Source of the DNA: Eledone cirrhosa
Taxonomy: Eukaryota
Assembly (NCBI GenBank): GCA_964016885.1
Contig: OZ024743.1
Span: 292,950,001-293,014,000 of the forward strand
Reading direction: 5' to 3'
Length of the DNA: 64,000 bases
Part shown: positions 13,111 to 27,570 of the stretch, piece by piece
How the letters are laid out: each line of letters starts with the position of its first letter
Position numbering within the stretch: position 1 is the first letter of the stretch
The notes under the pieces: model-generated
Seen by the model: the letters and a program-made list of their open reading frames with translations, nothing else
What the model was told of the DNA's origin: nothing
Databases searched by the model: none
Made by a program: the position numbers and the translations under genes

Positions 13111-14908
13111 TTACCTCTTCGTCTTCTGGGGACCAGGCTGCACAATTTCCATGGGGGTGTTTGGGGGTTGTTTGATGGGACGGTGGTTTCTGGCGGAGTG
13201 GGGACGGAGATATTTGGTGGGGAGGGGGTTTCTGGTGGGGTGGGGTGTGTGGAGTGGGGTGGGGAAACATTTTAACAGGACTCGGTTGTAAGGTTTGACG
13301 CAGAGGTTGCCTACGTCATTAGGAAAGTTTTCTTTTAAATGTTTATATATGTCTATCGGGATCCTAATCATCTTAAGATTAGGTTTTTCCCACGAGTAGT
13401 TAAAAGTTTTCCCTTCAGTTTCCACAGAAGGGTCTTTGGTTATAATCTGCATTAAAGTTTTATTGTCTGTGTTTATATATGGGTACTGTTTTTTGTTGTG
13501 TAGTGTTAGTTTTTGTTTGTTGTTCTTGTGTGTGCGTTCTCTTTGTTGTGGGTGTTTTGTTTTCAGGAGGGGTGGGGTGATGTTTGTGTTGTTTGTGTTG
13601 GTGGTTGTGTGTTTGTTGTCTTTTTGTTCGTGTCATGTCTCTTTTTTTTTCTTTTTTGCGCGGAGGGGTTCTCCCTCATCATCACTGGGTGATGATGAGA
13701 GGGCCTCATCCGTTGTGTCCTCTGTGGGATTTGGGAGGGGTACAATTTGGGTAGCTGTTATGCGTGTGGGTGTTTTTGGAGTTGTTTTAGGTGGGGAGGG
13801 GTTGGGTGGGAGTGTGTTTGGTGTTGTTATTTTGCGTGTTGTTGTTGTGGTGGTGGTGGTGGTTGTGTTGCTTTGTTCGGGGTCGGCAGAAGAGCCTTTT
13901 TTTTTACTCGTTATTTGAGGACAGGCAGCCTTCAGGTGACCCCTGCTTAAGCAGTGGTAACATGACGGCCGCCTACCCTCAACCGAAATGTTTATGCAGG
14001 TTAGTCCGTCCAGAGGCACGTGTTGTGGGATTCTAGCTCTTCGTTCTGGGCTCATTTGAACCAGAACTTCTACGCTAGTCCCACTAAATAAACCTCTGGA
14101 AGACTTTCCTACTGCGATTATTCTGTCTTCATCAAAATCAATGAATCCACATAGTATCCACCAAATATTTACATTTGGTGTGATACTCATAATTTTTATT
14201 TTTTGTGTCCTTTTTCCCCTGTATGTGGGGAAAAAGGTGAAAAGGGGGGGAACAATGGGTGAGACAGCGTATTTTTGTGCCGTTGGTTGGTCATTCATTA
14301 GCACCGAAATGCTACCAAACAGTTTTCCTGTTTGGATGAAGGTTATATCCTTCATTGCATCTTTTAGAACCAGCTCAATTTCATTTTGTGATAATTGAGC
14401 TGGTTTTCTAGTTGCGTTTGATATTGGACAGTCTCTCTACCTAATACCCGGGGAGAATTGATGCTAAACGCATCGTTTTGTCCAAAAGTTACGTATTGTT
14501 TTGCATCTTGGAGTAGCTGTTTTGCGTTAGTGATGTTAATTGGAGTGTATAGTTCTATTTTTTTTTTTTACAGTTTGTGCGAACGACGTTTTGGTGTTGT
14601 TGTCTTTCTTGTGGCTGTTGTTGTTGTCACTGTTGTTGATATTGTTCATATTTTCCTTGGTGTTGGTGTTGTTATTGTTGCAGTTGTTGGGTTGTGGTGT
14701 TATTGTCATTGTTCATGTTGTTGGTGATGGTATTATTTACCGCGTTTGGTTCCGTGTTTGCAATATTTTGTATCATGTTAACGTTTACAACGTTTTTCGA
14801 TATGGCGATGGGGGAAGGCAGCAAGCTTTGTACTCCTACCTTCCCTCCACTACTTTTCTTAGTGGGCGTGGCACTCACTACAGTGTGAGGGGTTAAAATG
14901 GCATCCAT
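13111..14908 (-). pseudogene. Tx1-like ORF1 (gag-like, zinc knuckle), frameshifted
   Basis: MDAILTPHTVVSATPTKK... and RRPSCYHCLSRGHLKAACP, with a low-complexity Thr/Pro tail. Homologous to 54918-56710. Confidence 0.85.
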
Positions 14909-15103
14909 TACTAAATAACACAAATTTTTCAGATGAAAATTTTGCCCCAAAAAGGGGCGAAAATTAGTTAACCAAACGTCTGAAGGTCCAGACGAGGGGT
15001 TAAACTAAACGATAATAACAAATCCAACAATAAACTCACAGTTTTTTTTAGATTAATCCGTAAAAGGTCCGGAGCGAAGTAATACACGTCTACCAATCAC
15101 GAG

Positions 15104-15156
<53 letters not shown>

Positions 15157-15182
15157 GTTTCTTTATTTGCCACAAGGGCGCA
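15157..15182 (-). mobile_element. 26-bp 3'-terminal stub of the Tx1-like family inside (TAGA)n
   Basis: gtttctttatttgccacaagggcgca matches the 3' termini at 37775 and 51253, including AATAAA on the minus strand. Confidence 0.7.
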
Positions 15183-15231
15183 TAGGTAGATTGATATATA
15201 TATAGATAGATAGATGTATTAAAAAGAGAGG

Positions 15232-15336
<105 letters not shown>

Positions 15337-15385
15337 TGTGTGTGGGTGTATATACATATATATATATATATAGGATGTAACTATT

Positions 15386-15566
15386 GAAACGGCAAGAGCT
15401 GGCCGTCGTGTACCTACTTCTATATAAAATATATATACAGGGTGTCTCAAAAAAATGAATCAACACTACTTCAACAGCATTCTAATGAAAGTGTATATAC
15501 AATTTTTGGGACACCCTGCATATATATTTTATATAAAAGTCGTTACACAAAGGCTGAGCTCTTGCC

Positions 15567-15570
<4 letters not shown>
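15386..15570. mobile_element. Palindromic insert: Tc1/mariner-like TIR core (TACAGGGTGTCTCAAAA...TTTTGGGACACCCTG) inside HHR-half arms
   Basis: Symmetric arms acggcaagagct / agctcttgccgt. GAAACGGC-aagagctg-GCCGTC at the left end. Confidence 0.6.
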
Positions 15571-15604
<34 letters not shown>

Positions 15605-16159
15605 TTATTCAATACCGGCCATTATAATCACATCTATTTGAACCACATATATATGTATGTATGTCATAAATATAATTTGATCTATCATAAATATAATCTA
15701 CTTGAAAGACCTCTTCAGTTTCATTTCAACTCTGATTAAACTTAGTTTAACATATATTGTTTGCTTTTTATTTATCTAACATATATTTTCGTATTTTTTT
15801 CACACAGTTCTCCTTTACCTAATAGAGATAAAAAAAGGGTGTGTCAAGAACAACGATGGCGATAACAACAAACGATCAAACAAGAAGTGGCATGACAAAC
15901 AATATACGTGTAACAAGTGTTGCACAAAACTTGACACATATTTTATTTTAAAACGGAGTTTGAACTTTGGAGATTTCGCCTGCTAACTGCAGCAGTGTCA
16001 GTTACTAAAACGATGTTTCATCGTTATGACGTCTCTGGGCACTGATCACTGTTCCTATAACTCCTATTTGAGTCGTTTCAGCGCCGTCATAACATACAGC
16101 ATCTTAAACCTGGCGGCGGCCATCCATCTCCATATTTGACCTCAACCGATTTCTGTTAC

Positions 16160-16445
16160 AGGGAGAAAAGGGTAAGAGCAAGAGAGAAGAATCAATTGAC
16201 CTTAGTACTGAACTATTAATATTATATTTATCAACTCCAAAAGCTGAAAAACAAAGTTCGTTTCGGTGGCACTTAAACTCAGAGCGCAGAGAACCAGAGG
16301 CCAAACAAATTATCCTATTCCTCGCCTTTTTCCTATTCATCTATATTCTGGCTCTCTGCACTCCAAGATCAAATTTAGCCACGCTCAACTTAGCATATTA
16401 TCCTTTCGGTGGTCGATAAAATGAAGTACCAGTCCGGGACGATGA
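16160..16445. mobile_element. Two degenerate tRNA-derived SINE fragments in opposite orientation
   Basis: tcctttcggtggtcgataaaatgaagtaccagt (Nin/Deu-like domain) on plus, with a reverse-complement relative at 16195-16285. Confidence 0.55.
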
Positions 16446-17354
16446 ATTTAATGGAATTATTATATTCAGTTCCGGGGGTAGAGTTTAAATTATTTCATTT
16501 ATTTACTTATTTGTTCATGGTTAGGTAAATAATTTATTTAGTTGTATAGTTTGTTTTCTGACTAGCCATGCATAAAATAAAAGAAATTAAATATGTGTGT
16601 GTGTGTGTATGCGCGTGTGTGTGTCAGTATGCGTGCATGTGCACGTGCGTGTGTGTGTAGTCTTATTACACTTTTGAAAACTTATTTTGTTACCTATGAG
16701 TGATCAAATGTCAAGATATAATCACACGATGTCTCTCTGCATGATATCTTATTAGCCCCACCCGAATACGGCTGTATATTATCCCTAAAGGCATGCATAT
16801 GTGAAACTTGGTTGAAAACATGTTTTGGGTGAATGCAGGAAGGTGTAGATTAGTGTATCGTATGTAGTTGTATTGGGCTTTCAAAAAATAACCTTGATAA
16901 GCATGAAAGATCAGGTGTCGTTTTGGGACCTCCATCCGTTCGACGACGTGTGTTCCTGTTGATTCGTCCAGCGCGACAGCTTGCTCCTGAAATCAATGTA
17001 CAGGTGACTAAACATACCACAGATACCTGTACATTTAACTGATTGAATGTCATAAGGGTGCTCCTTTGAGTTATAGGTACAACTCATTTTTTCCAACTGA
17101 GTGGACGGAAGCAATGGGAAATAAGATGTACTACTGCTAAAGATAGTCAAAGACCAAGTGATCCTGTTAAATGAAGTGACAGATTAAATCTACGACCTAA
17201 GTACAATATTATAGTAATATGTTAAAACATTATATTATATATTTTTACTTAGTCTTCTCACAAATAAAGGGTGATAGTGCCAAAATATTTCACACCCACA
17301 CACAAACACGCACACTCACCCCCAACCCCACCCCACCCACCCCCACCCCCACCC

Positions 17355-17394
<40 letters not shown>

Positions 17395-17397
<3 letters not shown>

Positions 17398-17604
17398 GTA
17401 GAATACTGGAGGACTGGAGGGATATATCCGTAGTAGTAGAGCACTCAGTCGATGGGATGAGTTTGGTAGAAATAGTTCCGCAACAGTTAGTTCACCATAC
17501 CGAGAACAAATGTTTCACCTTATGCGGATCTTCAGACCGAACAGAAGATCCGCATAGGGTGAAACATTTGTTCTCGGTATGGTGAACTAACTGTTGTGGA
17601 ACTA
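17395..17604. mobile_element. Fold-back HHR-derived insert (arms 17473-17533 and 17543-17604, long arm extends to ~17395)
   Basis: Minus strand CTGAAGA-tccgcataaggt-GAAAC-ATTT-GTT-ctcgg. Long-arm homolog at 40540-40630. Confidence 0.72.
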
Positions 17605-17623
17605 TCTCTCTCTCTCTCTCTAA

Positions 17624-17684
<61 letters not shown>

Positions 17685-17707
17685 CATACATACATACATA
17701 TATATAT

Positions 17708-17854
<147 letters not shown>

Positions 17855-17860
17855 TATATA

Positions 17861-18057
<197 letters not shown>

Positions 18058-18097
18058 ACATATCTCAAAAAAGAAAGAAGACATTTACACTTAAACA

Positions 18098-18169
18098 TCT
18101 GTCTGATGACAACGCATCGACTGACTGTTACATAATGATTCTTGATGCTTTTAAAATATACATAATAGG
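18098..18169 (+). ncRNA. Degenerate hammerhead motif
   Basis: tctgt-CTGATGA-...gcatcga...ttgatgc...-AAAAT-ATAC-ATA-atagg (G12 mutated). Confidence 0.45.
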
Positions 18170-18432
18170 TGTGTTGTAATAAACTGAATTTGAATATGTG
18201 ATGCAATATATTTTCCTGTTCTCTCTCTATATATATAAATAAGAACGTAGGGTTTTTATAACCGACACGGGTAAAAATATAGAAAAAAGAAATTGAAAAT
18301 GTAATTGCATAGCCACACGTCTGCCCATCTCACTTAACTTTTGAAAATCATAAAACTGTGAAACTCGTAAAGTTATTGTAAATAAATCTTTTTAAAGACT
18401 TCAATTGCATTTTTAACTTCTTTTTTCCTATT

Positions 18433-18478
<46 letters not shown>

Positions 18479-18535
18479 CGTGCGTGCGCGTGCGTGCGTG
18501 CGCGTGTGTGCGTGTGTGTGTGTGTGCGCGTGCGC

Positions 18536-18622
<87 letters not shown>

Positions 18623-19311
18623 CGTGAGAAAGGGGGGATTTGTTGTTAGAAAACGGCTGTTTAAAGGGATTGTTAGTTTGAGACAGGATCTAGAAATTTG
18701 AATTAGCGAATGAAATACATTAGAGTAAAAGTATTGTGATTAGCTTTTGTGAAAACAAAGTATCAAGGCTTAGATATACAAGACTTGGATTTACAGAGAT
18801 TATTTTGGCATACCATTCTACTGCTGTATTAACAGATGATGCGCGATTTTGTAAATTCATCACGTCATTGGTTCATCTGTCTATCGTGAAAGTAGATGAT
18901 GGAATATCTAGACTTGCATATGAGTCCATATGCATGAATATGTGTGTGTTTTTGTATCTGTGTATGTTAATGCGGCGCACAGTGTACATGAGTGTGATTG
19001 TGTGTGTATATGTGTGTCTCATTGTGCATAATAGTGCGTGTGTGTATTTATGTGTGTCTCACTGTGCATAAGAGTGCGTGTGAGTGTATAGATGTTTGTT
19101 CATGTGTGTTTATGTGTGTGTTTCTGTATGTTCCTTCATAGATATGTGCTAATGAGTGTTACCACAAGTGTGCGGTGTGAGTGACATTTACATACTATTA
19201 TGTGTATGTGCACGTCTGTACATGTACTTGTGCGTATTATGAGAATTAAATGGTCTAATACGTTTGGTAAAAAAAGTAATTCTGATTCTGATATGTGTCC
19301 GTTAGCTTTTT

Positions 19312-19387
<76 letters not shown>

Positions 19388-19449
19388 ACTCACTCACTCA
19401 CTCACTCACTCACTCACTCACTCACTCACTCACTCACTCACTCACTCAC

Positions 19450-19487
<38 letters not shown>

Positions 19488-20384
19488 ACTCACTCACTCA
19501 CTCTCTCTCTCTCTCTCTCTTTCTCTCTTTCTCTCTCTCTCTCCCATTCTCTTTCTCTTTCACTCTCTCTCATCTATATATATCTATGTGTATCTGTATA
19601 TGTGTGTGTATGTGTATGTGCGTATATGAGTGTCTGCATGTGCGTATATGAGTGTCTGCATGAATGTATATAAGTTTGTATGTCTACACACATCTTCACA
19701 TACATGCATACATACGTAAATACATTATATTGAGCTGATGCGTGATCTTGTTAATCACACGAAAGAAAACCTTCAGCCTCTCTCGGACTGCTTCTTGACA
19801 ACGTGTTATGAGTTTGAGTTGACAATCAGTTTGAAATAGAGAGTGCAGTGGTTTTCCTTTGGGGGTTAAACGCTGTCTGTTATTCGTTCAAGAGTCGTAA
19901 ATGTTCCTGTGCGTCAATGTGATTATACTGAATGAGGCATCTGCTAGTAAACATTTGGATGATCGTTGACACTGCCCTTTGATGGTTTTTGTTTTTTTCT
20001 CCTGCGAGATGTCCAAAAATCCCCTCTTTCACCAAGCTTGCTAGAAAGGTTTGGCCTTTTAGTAGCGGGTGACCTATTCAACAGGTTGTACTGGGTTACA
20101 TGTAACAAGTAGCGCTCGGGAATGACTTTACATGAAATATTCACTTCTGCGTTTACAGATTGACTTTGTTAGTTTCAGAAGATCCCGTTAAGGGTGAAAG
20201 CAGCGATTCTTTGCTTAAACTTTAATCTGTTATTTTAATATATATATATATATATATAATTGGTGTGGGATGCTTAAAGCGTCCGTAAGCGGTAGGCCGT
20301 TTGAGCACTCGATGCTCTTACAGAGCAGAGTATGATATCACATAAGAAACGGAGAATCATTGTTGCGACGAATAAAATGTATTA

Positions 20385-20479
20385 GACATATTACGATCGT
20401 TTCTCTGGCGACCAGCTCGAGGCACAATCGATGTAATGATCGAACCTGACTCTGAAATCGCAAGGTCCTCAGATACGTC
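20385..20479 (-). ncRNA. Type I hammerhead ribozyme with extended helix II
   Basis: gacgtat-CTGAGGA-...-GAAAC-GATC-GTA-atatgtc. The downstream tail (20260-20340) is shared with 39450-39530 and 46590-46670. Confidence 0.78.
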
Positions 20480-21096
20480 TCGATTTTAAGAAGCAGTGTT
20501 TCCAAATGGAAATATAAGTATGTATGTGTGTGTGTGTGTGTAAACATAGCCTGATTCAAATTAGAGGTTTATATGAAAGCATATACGATATGTCATACTT
20601 AAATCTCGACATGAGAGTTTTAGGCTGTGGTTATATCACAGCAACCTCGGTAACTATGTGAGGACATTAGGCATTATTGTTTCAGGATGTTTATCCATCT
20701 TCGGTAACGTTTACTCATTTGGTGCTAAGGCAAGAATAAGCTACATAGCTTATATACATTTTGCATATGAAACGTCTGCTGTTGATGTTCATTTGTAAAT
20801 AGTAAGAGCTTGATGAGCTGGTATTAATTAGCAATAGCACTAACATGTCCTGGTTCATAATATATGCATCTTATAACATTATAACAAAATAAACACCAGA
20901 TACGTGAAAACAAGTAGTGGAGTCGACATGATCCTCTACATCCCTTCAAGGTGGTAATCCAGCATGGCCGCAATCAAATGTGAAGATAACCCCTTAACTG
21001 CACAATCATGCCTGCGCCTTATTTTTCCTATACTGTTATTATATCAGTTCTCGCAGATAGCCGCTCTCATCTTCGATGGTCGAACCTCTTCCAGAC

Positions 21097-21320
21097 TGTG
21101 GATTGGCAAAATCGCTAGAAAGTTGAACAAAATGCTATAAGGCTTTCCTTCTGACTTCTTCCATTGTGAGTTCAAATCCTACAGAGGTCAACTTTGCTTT
21201 TCATAATTCCTGGGTCGATAAAATAAAGCACCAGTCAAGTCCTGAATTCGATATAATCGACCTTCCCTTTACACCCACTAAAATAATTGCTGGCCTTGTA
21301 CCAAATTTAGAAACAATTAA
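21097..21320 (+). mobile_element. tRNA-derived SINE with Nin/Deu-like central domain
   Basis: gtggattggcaaaatcgctag...gagttcaaatcc...tttcataattcctgggtcgataaaataaagcaccagt...gctggccttgtaccaaatttagaaac. Confidence 0.75.
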
Positions 21321-22609
21321 ATCAATTATATTGTTTGATATTATTTTGTTATTAGATCTGTTGGTTTGTTTGACATTATTACATTATTACATATATTATT
21401 TTGTTTAATAAGATTTCGTTATCAAATTTCTTGTTTTGCTTGATATTACTTTCTGTACCAATAGTTTAACCATGCCAACTGGTTGATCAATAACTGACAA
21501 TCTGTAAAGTCAGTCAGCTTAGTTGACAGGTGGATTAATATCTGATATGTGTAGGAAAAAATATCATCAATTATATCCAAAGTTGATAACTTCATTGGAG
21601 TGGAATTCAAATAACATGTTATGAGACCTAAGATGTTGTTTGTGTGTTGTTGATGTGCAGAGTGAGCGTAGTTCAAGATTTTTTCCTTGATATGTGTATT
21701 AGAGCTAGCTGGCTAATGAATTGATTCTTATTTCTAACTAATTCCTACCATTTCACTGCAGTTGCCGTCTCTTATAAGATTTTCTGCTATTCTAGTATTT
21801 TTTTAAATACCTCTCTCATTGAACTTCCTTCTTGTTTCACTGATATATATATGTGTGCGTGTGTGAGAGAGAGAAGATGAGGAGGGGCAAACGACAGCAA
21901 GAAAAGGAGGGTAATAATTAGAAAAGTCACCAATAAGCATGTTTCCATTATTTGTGTATTCGCTTTGCTTTCCTACTAGGAAGACATTCCGTTGAGTTAT
22001 TGTCTATATGTTGCTATGTTGTTTCGTATGCAGATTTCCAGCGGTTTCTTCAGACCGAAATTGAATTATTATGAAAATCCACTCCAAAATGCATTGCAAA
22101 AGAGTTACCTGACGAGGAAGAGGGATGACTGACAGTGTGTTTCGCTTTTTCCGTGTTAAACTTGCTATATATATATATATATATATATATACTAATTTAA
22201 TGACTTTCTACTAATTCCAATCCTACCATTTTAGTTGTCTCGTACGTTTGAGGATAATTCTCACTCTCCTTCTTCCCTCGTGCGTCTGATTCCTTGGAAA
22301 CTATTCCTTCTTGTTTCCCTGGTGGGTATAATCTTAATTCCTTTAAATCTTTTGCTAATCGCCTTCTGATTTCAAGGGATGCATCTTATTGTATTTTCTT
22401 TCACTTTTCTTTTTCTTGTGTAACTTCCAACAAATTGAAAGCTTGTTGAGGGCCTGATTTGTTGCTGGTTACTTCACATTATGTTACGTGTGACTTCCAA
22501 TACAAAAACAAATATATTCATACATTTGTATGCTTCTCCCCAAAATCTGTAAAATACATAAAATATATGTAGCGTCTTTCATTAAATATATGGTGGAGAA
22601 ATATTCAGA

Positions 22610-23230
22610 AAGAGGATTTCTAACTCAAACACCAGTCGCAGGGTGAATATTTGGTCGGTTGTGCTGCGTCCGGGGCAAAAACCACACTGCTCATACACTA
22701 TCTTAGACTCGACAATATCCCTACATCTCTTTGCCAGACACTTAATATAGACTTTACCTGGGAGACTTGACAAGGAGATTCCTCTATAGTTGGAGATATC
22801 TCTCTTGTTTCTCTTGATCTCTCTATAGCTGAAGCAAATGTTCTTGATTCCCTTTTTGAATATTGAGATTATCACCCCCGACTGTCATTGTTTAGGTACC
22901 TTTCCAATTATCCAGGCCACCCGACTTACACGAGTTTGTCAGCAGATACCTTCTGTATATAAGGCTTTTAAAATCTTGGGCCGAATTTAATCCTCCCTAG
23001 AGCCTTGGTACATTTGATCTTTTTGATTGTGACCTCCGATAAGAGTGTCATCGCTCCCAGATACATCTCGTGTATATCAGAAGATGCTGTTGTTGCCGGA
23101 TTTAGGAGATCAGTATTCTCTACACCACGTGAGGATGCACTTGTCTGAAGAGAGGAGAACCTCAGACGCATTCCTGATAGCATATTTGGGGGAGCACATC
23201 TTATTACACTGTCGGTGGATGGAAGGCAGG
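22610..23230 (-). pseudogene. RTE-clade LINE reverse transcriptase fragment
   Basis: SNYRGISLSSLPGKVYIKCLAKR...EQCGFCPGRSTTDQIFTLR. Confidence 0.82.
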
Positions 23231-23349
23231 TGACTGAATGATGTGCAAGAATTGCAGTAGCGGCTGCAGTAATGTGCCAGCTTCAGGATTCGATAATCAG
23301 AAGAAGCGGGGTATGTGTAAAAGCCAAACTCTCTATCTTCAATTCAGTA

Positions 23350-23781
23350 TTCGTGCCAACCCCTACCTATCTTGGGTAATTACCGAAAGAAATCTATTGC
23401 AAATACAATCTGCCGAAATGGGTTTCCTTCGAAAGGTCTTTGGAGTAACGCTACTTGATAGTGTGTATAGCTGGGAAATCAGAGAGACGCTCAAGATAGA
23501 GCAATTACTTCTCCGATACTACAGGCATGTAGTTAGAATGTCCCCGAAAAGAATCGCTGGTCAGATTTTACAGACAAAACCAGACAGCCGGAGACCCCGA
23601 GCAAGATGGTTGGATAACATCCATGAGCTCGGCTGTTCTCACCAGCCGGATCAACTGGAGACGGTTAATTCTGACAAGACACATTGGATTGAGTGTTTGA
23701 GGACTTTGCCCTCACGACACGCCTAGGAAGAAGAAGAAGAAGAAGAAGAAGAAGAAGAAGAAGAAGAAGAAGAAGAAGAAG

Positions 23782-23811
<30 letters not shown>
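23350..23811 (+). mobile_element. RTE-clade LINE 3' end with (GAA)n tail
   Basis: IQSAEMGFLRKVFGVTLLD...LRYYRHVVRMSPKR...RRPRARWLDNI, then stop, then (GAA)n at 23727-23811. Confidence 0.82.
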
Positions 23812-23812
<1 letters not shown>

Positions 23813-24198
23813 CTAATTTTTATTTCCTTCCAATGCTAATAAAATGAGTAACACCCAGGTTTATATCATCGCCTCCGGTTCCCTTATCCACGGCGGTTAA
23901 GTTCAGATTTTTTGCCCATATAAGGAATCTGTGTTTTAATTGTCCCCTTTGCGTTGAATGTAACGAGATTTGAATGAGTAGCGTAGAGGTGTGAAACAAA
24001 AACCTGTTGTGGAACATTGTCCCAGAGTCTATCGACTTCCTAATTTAACGCCTATATAGTAATCACTTCCAGCCTATTCAAGAGGTTGTTAATCTTATTA
24101 GTGGTTGTAGAGTCGTTTGAATAAATAATTTTATTATCTAACTGCTACTTGTTTTGCTTTTGTCTGTGTTATTGTTAATGTTATCGTTTTGTTATATA

Positions 24199-24352
<154 letters not shown>

Positions 24353-24904
24353 TATTTAGACAGTGATGGAAGGTATCTTCAAACTGAAGACCTAGTTAGA
24401 ATACTTATAACACTGTGATAAAAGCACCCAAGCGTATTAAACCGGGCGAAAGATTAAGTCTACCTACCAAGTAGACCACAGAAGCATTTGAACTCAAAAT
24501 GCAAAGACCCAGAACAAATATGACGGTAACACGATAAAAGAGTAAAGCTAGCAAAGAAACGGCTCCGTAATCCCATATTTGTCGCAAAGCTGATCGCTTT
24601 TATTGAAATTTTTCAGGGCCTACTAATAGCATGACGGTCAGAGATGCTCGTCTGTGATGTCACCGTACACTTCAAATATCTCAATACATAATTAATTAGA
24701 CCATGGATCTGAATAAGCAGTCATCGTTGACGATAATATACCATACAACCATTGACATCTTAAACAGAAAGCCGCCACATTAAGTGACACAAATTGCATA
24801 CATACATATCTTTATCATAAAAACTAGATCAATAGATTCATTACAGTCGATGGGGAACAACAATGTTAAATGTTTGTTTTACTCGGTTACTGCATAATTT
24901 CTGA

Positions 24905-25040
24905 ACGCATGCAGTCTAATGGTTAAGGTGTTGGTCTCAGGATCGCAATGCTCTGGGTTCATTCCTTGACTCTGTCGTATGTTGAGCAAAACATTTCATT
25001 TCACGTCACGCCAATCCACTCTGTTCAAAAGGTGTGCCAG
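24905..25040 (+). mobile_element. Degenerate tRNA-headed SINE
   Basis: gtctaatggttaaggtgttgg...gggttcattcc followed by ttgagcaaaaca. Confidence 0.45.
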
Positions 25041-25558
25041 CAGCGTCTCTCCTGCGTACTTTCGGTCGCTTAACGCCATATGATGGAGGATAAGCATACA
25101 GAAACAGACAAATAGCAGATAGTGGTGATAGTGATGACAATGATGATGGCAGTGATGGTGGTGGTGATTATGGTTGCAGTGACAGCTTAATTTTGTCACG
25201 AAAAATAGTTATTCACACACACACATACACGCGCGCGCGCGTGTGTGTGTGTGTGTTTGTATATATATATATGTATATATATGAAAAGCATTTGAGCGTT
25301 AGATCAGACCAAGGATGCTACGTTTCCGTTGGTCTTTCCAGAGCTAATACTATCTCTTGGTCGCAACTTCTAGCAGAAAGAAACGGCTTTGAACTTAGCA
25401 AACCATCTTGTCCTACTCTCTATCGCATTCTTAATAATGAACTACTTCCTTCCATTTCTAAGAACATTTTATTCTCTTCTTTGTAAATAGTGTATCATAC
25501 TTTTTGTAGGCACCTGTTAAATAGTTTAACTTTATACACGGCTAGTGAAATAAATGAT

Positions 25559-25590
<32 letters not shown>

Positions 25591-27037
25591 AAGATGACAT
25601 GGAGATGTTAATGAACATTGTTTTAAATTGGTTAACGTCTGTACATTCCACAATCTCATCATAAAAGGTAGAAATATTCTTCTACATTTCCAGATGGAGA
25701 ATATCGCATGAAATATATTTTGATAAATCGGCAACGTGAAATAGTGTGGTTACATGCTAGGACGTATCAGGGTATGGGTATAGGAATAACCCTCAGTTAG
25801 TAGCGGAGACAATTTAGTTAAAGTTTAAACGTAATGAAGGAAAAAATTACTAGGTTTGATACAAAACTCCAGTAGGATGATAGTATTAAAGATGAATTTG
25901 GAATTAAATATTGAAATAGATTTCTGGTACTTGAAGCTGTAGATGAAGATGATGGAAAACCCCATAGCTTATGACAGAATGTAGCCAAACGTTTTCTAAG
26001 CAGAAATAAATGTTACAGCGAAACAGAAATGAATTCCAAATGAAACGGGAAAAGGGAAAATTTGGTGCCCTGTCCGGGATAAGCACCGGCCTAACGATCC
26101 TGCTGGTTTAAGAGAGACTTTAGAAAGAATGAATAAGATGGACGTTAAAGGAGAAATATTAAATATTCTTGTCTCAGCTTAGACGTGAAAACTGAGAAAC
26201 GTAGTGTTGAGACCTTGGAAAAATCAGAAGTCCTTTCAAATTGCTAAATAAGATTACAGACAAAGGAAAGAGGTCAAATAACTATTGTCTTTTTTAATGA
26301 CATAGGCAGTTTATTTCATTAGAAATATGGTACGGAATAGAATATCTATATGGGAGCGATTTACACTTGTGTCTATACAAATAGAGGACATACGTACATA
26401 CATACATACATACATACATACATACATACATACATACATACATACATACATACATACATACATACATACACTCGGTGACATAATAAACAACTAAGAAAAT
26501 CTATTCCACATGCCACCATTATGAACGAAACTTAAGGGTCAGTCCCTCTCGTGATCCCGGCCAACAGGATGGGACTGTGTTTAGTCTCGATGGAGAACTT
26601 ATAATATCTGATATAAACAGACAGGAAAATATTTAATAGGAAAAACGTAGTGGTAATTCCTGACTGACTGGAAGATACATGAAATAACTATTGACGAAAT
26701 AGCAAAACACTACACATTGAGCAATTAAAATCAAATAGATGTGCTTTCGAATTACTTGGAATTGTAAAGGAAATGATTAAAACAGATTCTGAATGCATCA
26801 TCGTTATTGAAACTGTTTCCTAAAAATATGAAATACGGAAGACATATTTGAAGATTGAAGGTTCGGTGTACGAAGTGACTCGGATATAAAATAAGGGGCA
26901 TCCCAGAGACTGCAGCAATGGTAGGTTTATAAACCTGAGTAACATTGTTCAGTAATATTGTTTGGGTTAGTAGTAAAACAACAAAAATACAGACAATACA
27001 CATTATATATGTGCGTGTCTATCAGTCTGTCTGTGAG

Positions 27038-27570
<533 letters not shown>

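Larger units (their letters stand above)
9650..15103 (-). mobile_element. Tx1/L1-clade non-LTR retrotransposon, near full length, degenerate (copy 1)
   Basis: ORF1 with CCHC knuckle, ORF2 with APE, RT and C-terminal Cys/His motif. 5' UTR shared with copy 2. 5' end abuts (GATA)n. Confidence 0.93.

Noticed and set aside
9742-14896. Plus-strand ORFs overlapping the Tx1 elements
   Set aside because: Antisense shadows of GC-rich or low-complexity retrotransposon ORFs.
19944-20190. Higher-complexity stretch with a 66-aa ORF
   Set aside because: No homology recognised and no clear splice signals.
25280-26330. Possible old LINE remnants (LFNRCLQK-like peptide)
   Set aside because: Too decayed to assign family or boundaries by eye.
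26756-26933. Possible minus-strand exon (cag|GTTTAT...TTCCAA|gtaat) with one open frame
   Set aside because: No recognisable protein motif, weak polypyrimidine tract and no partner exons; needs RNA-seq.
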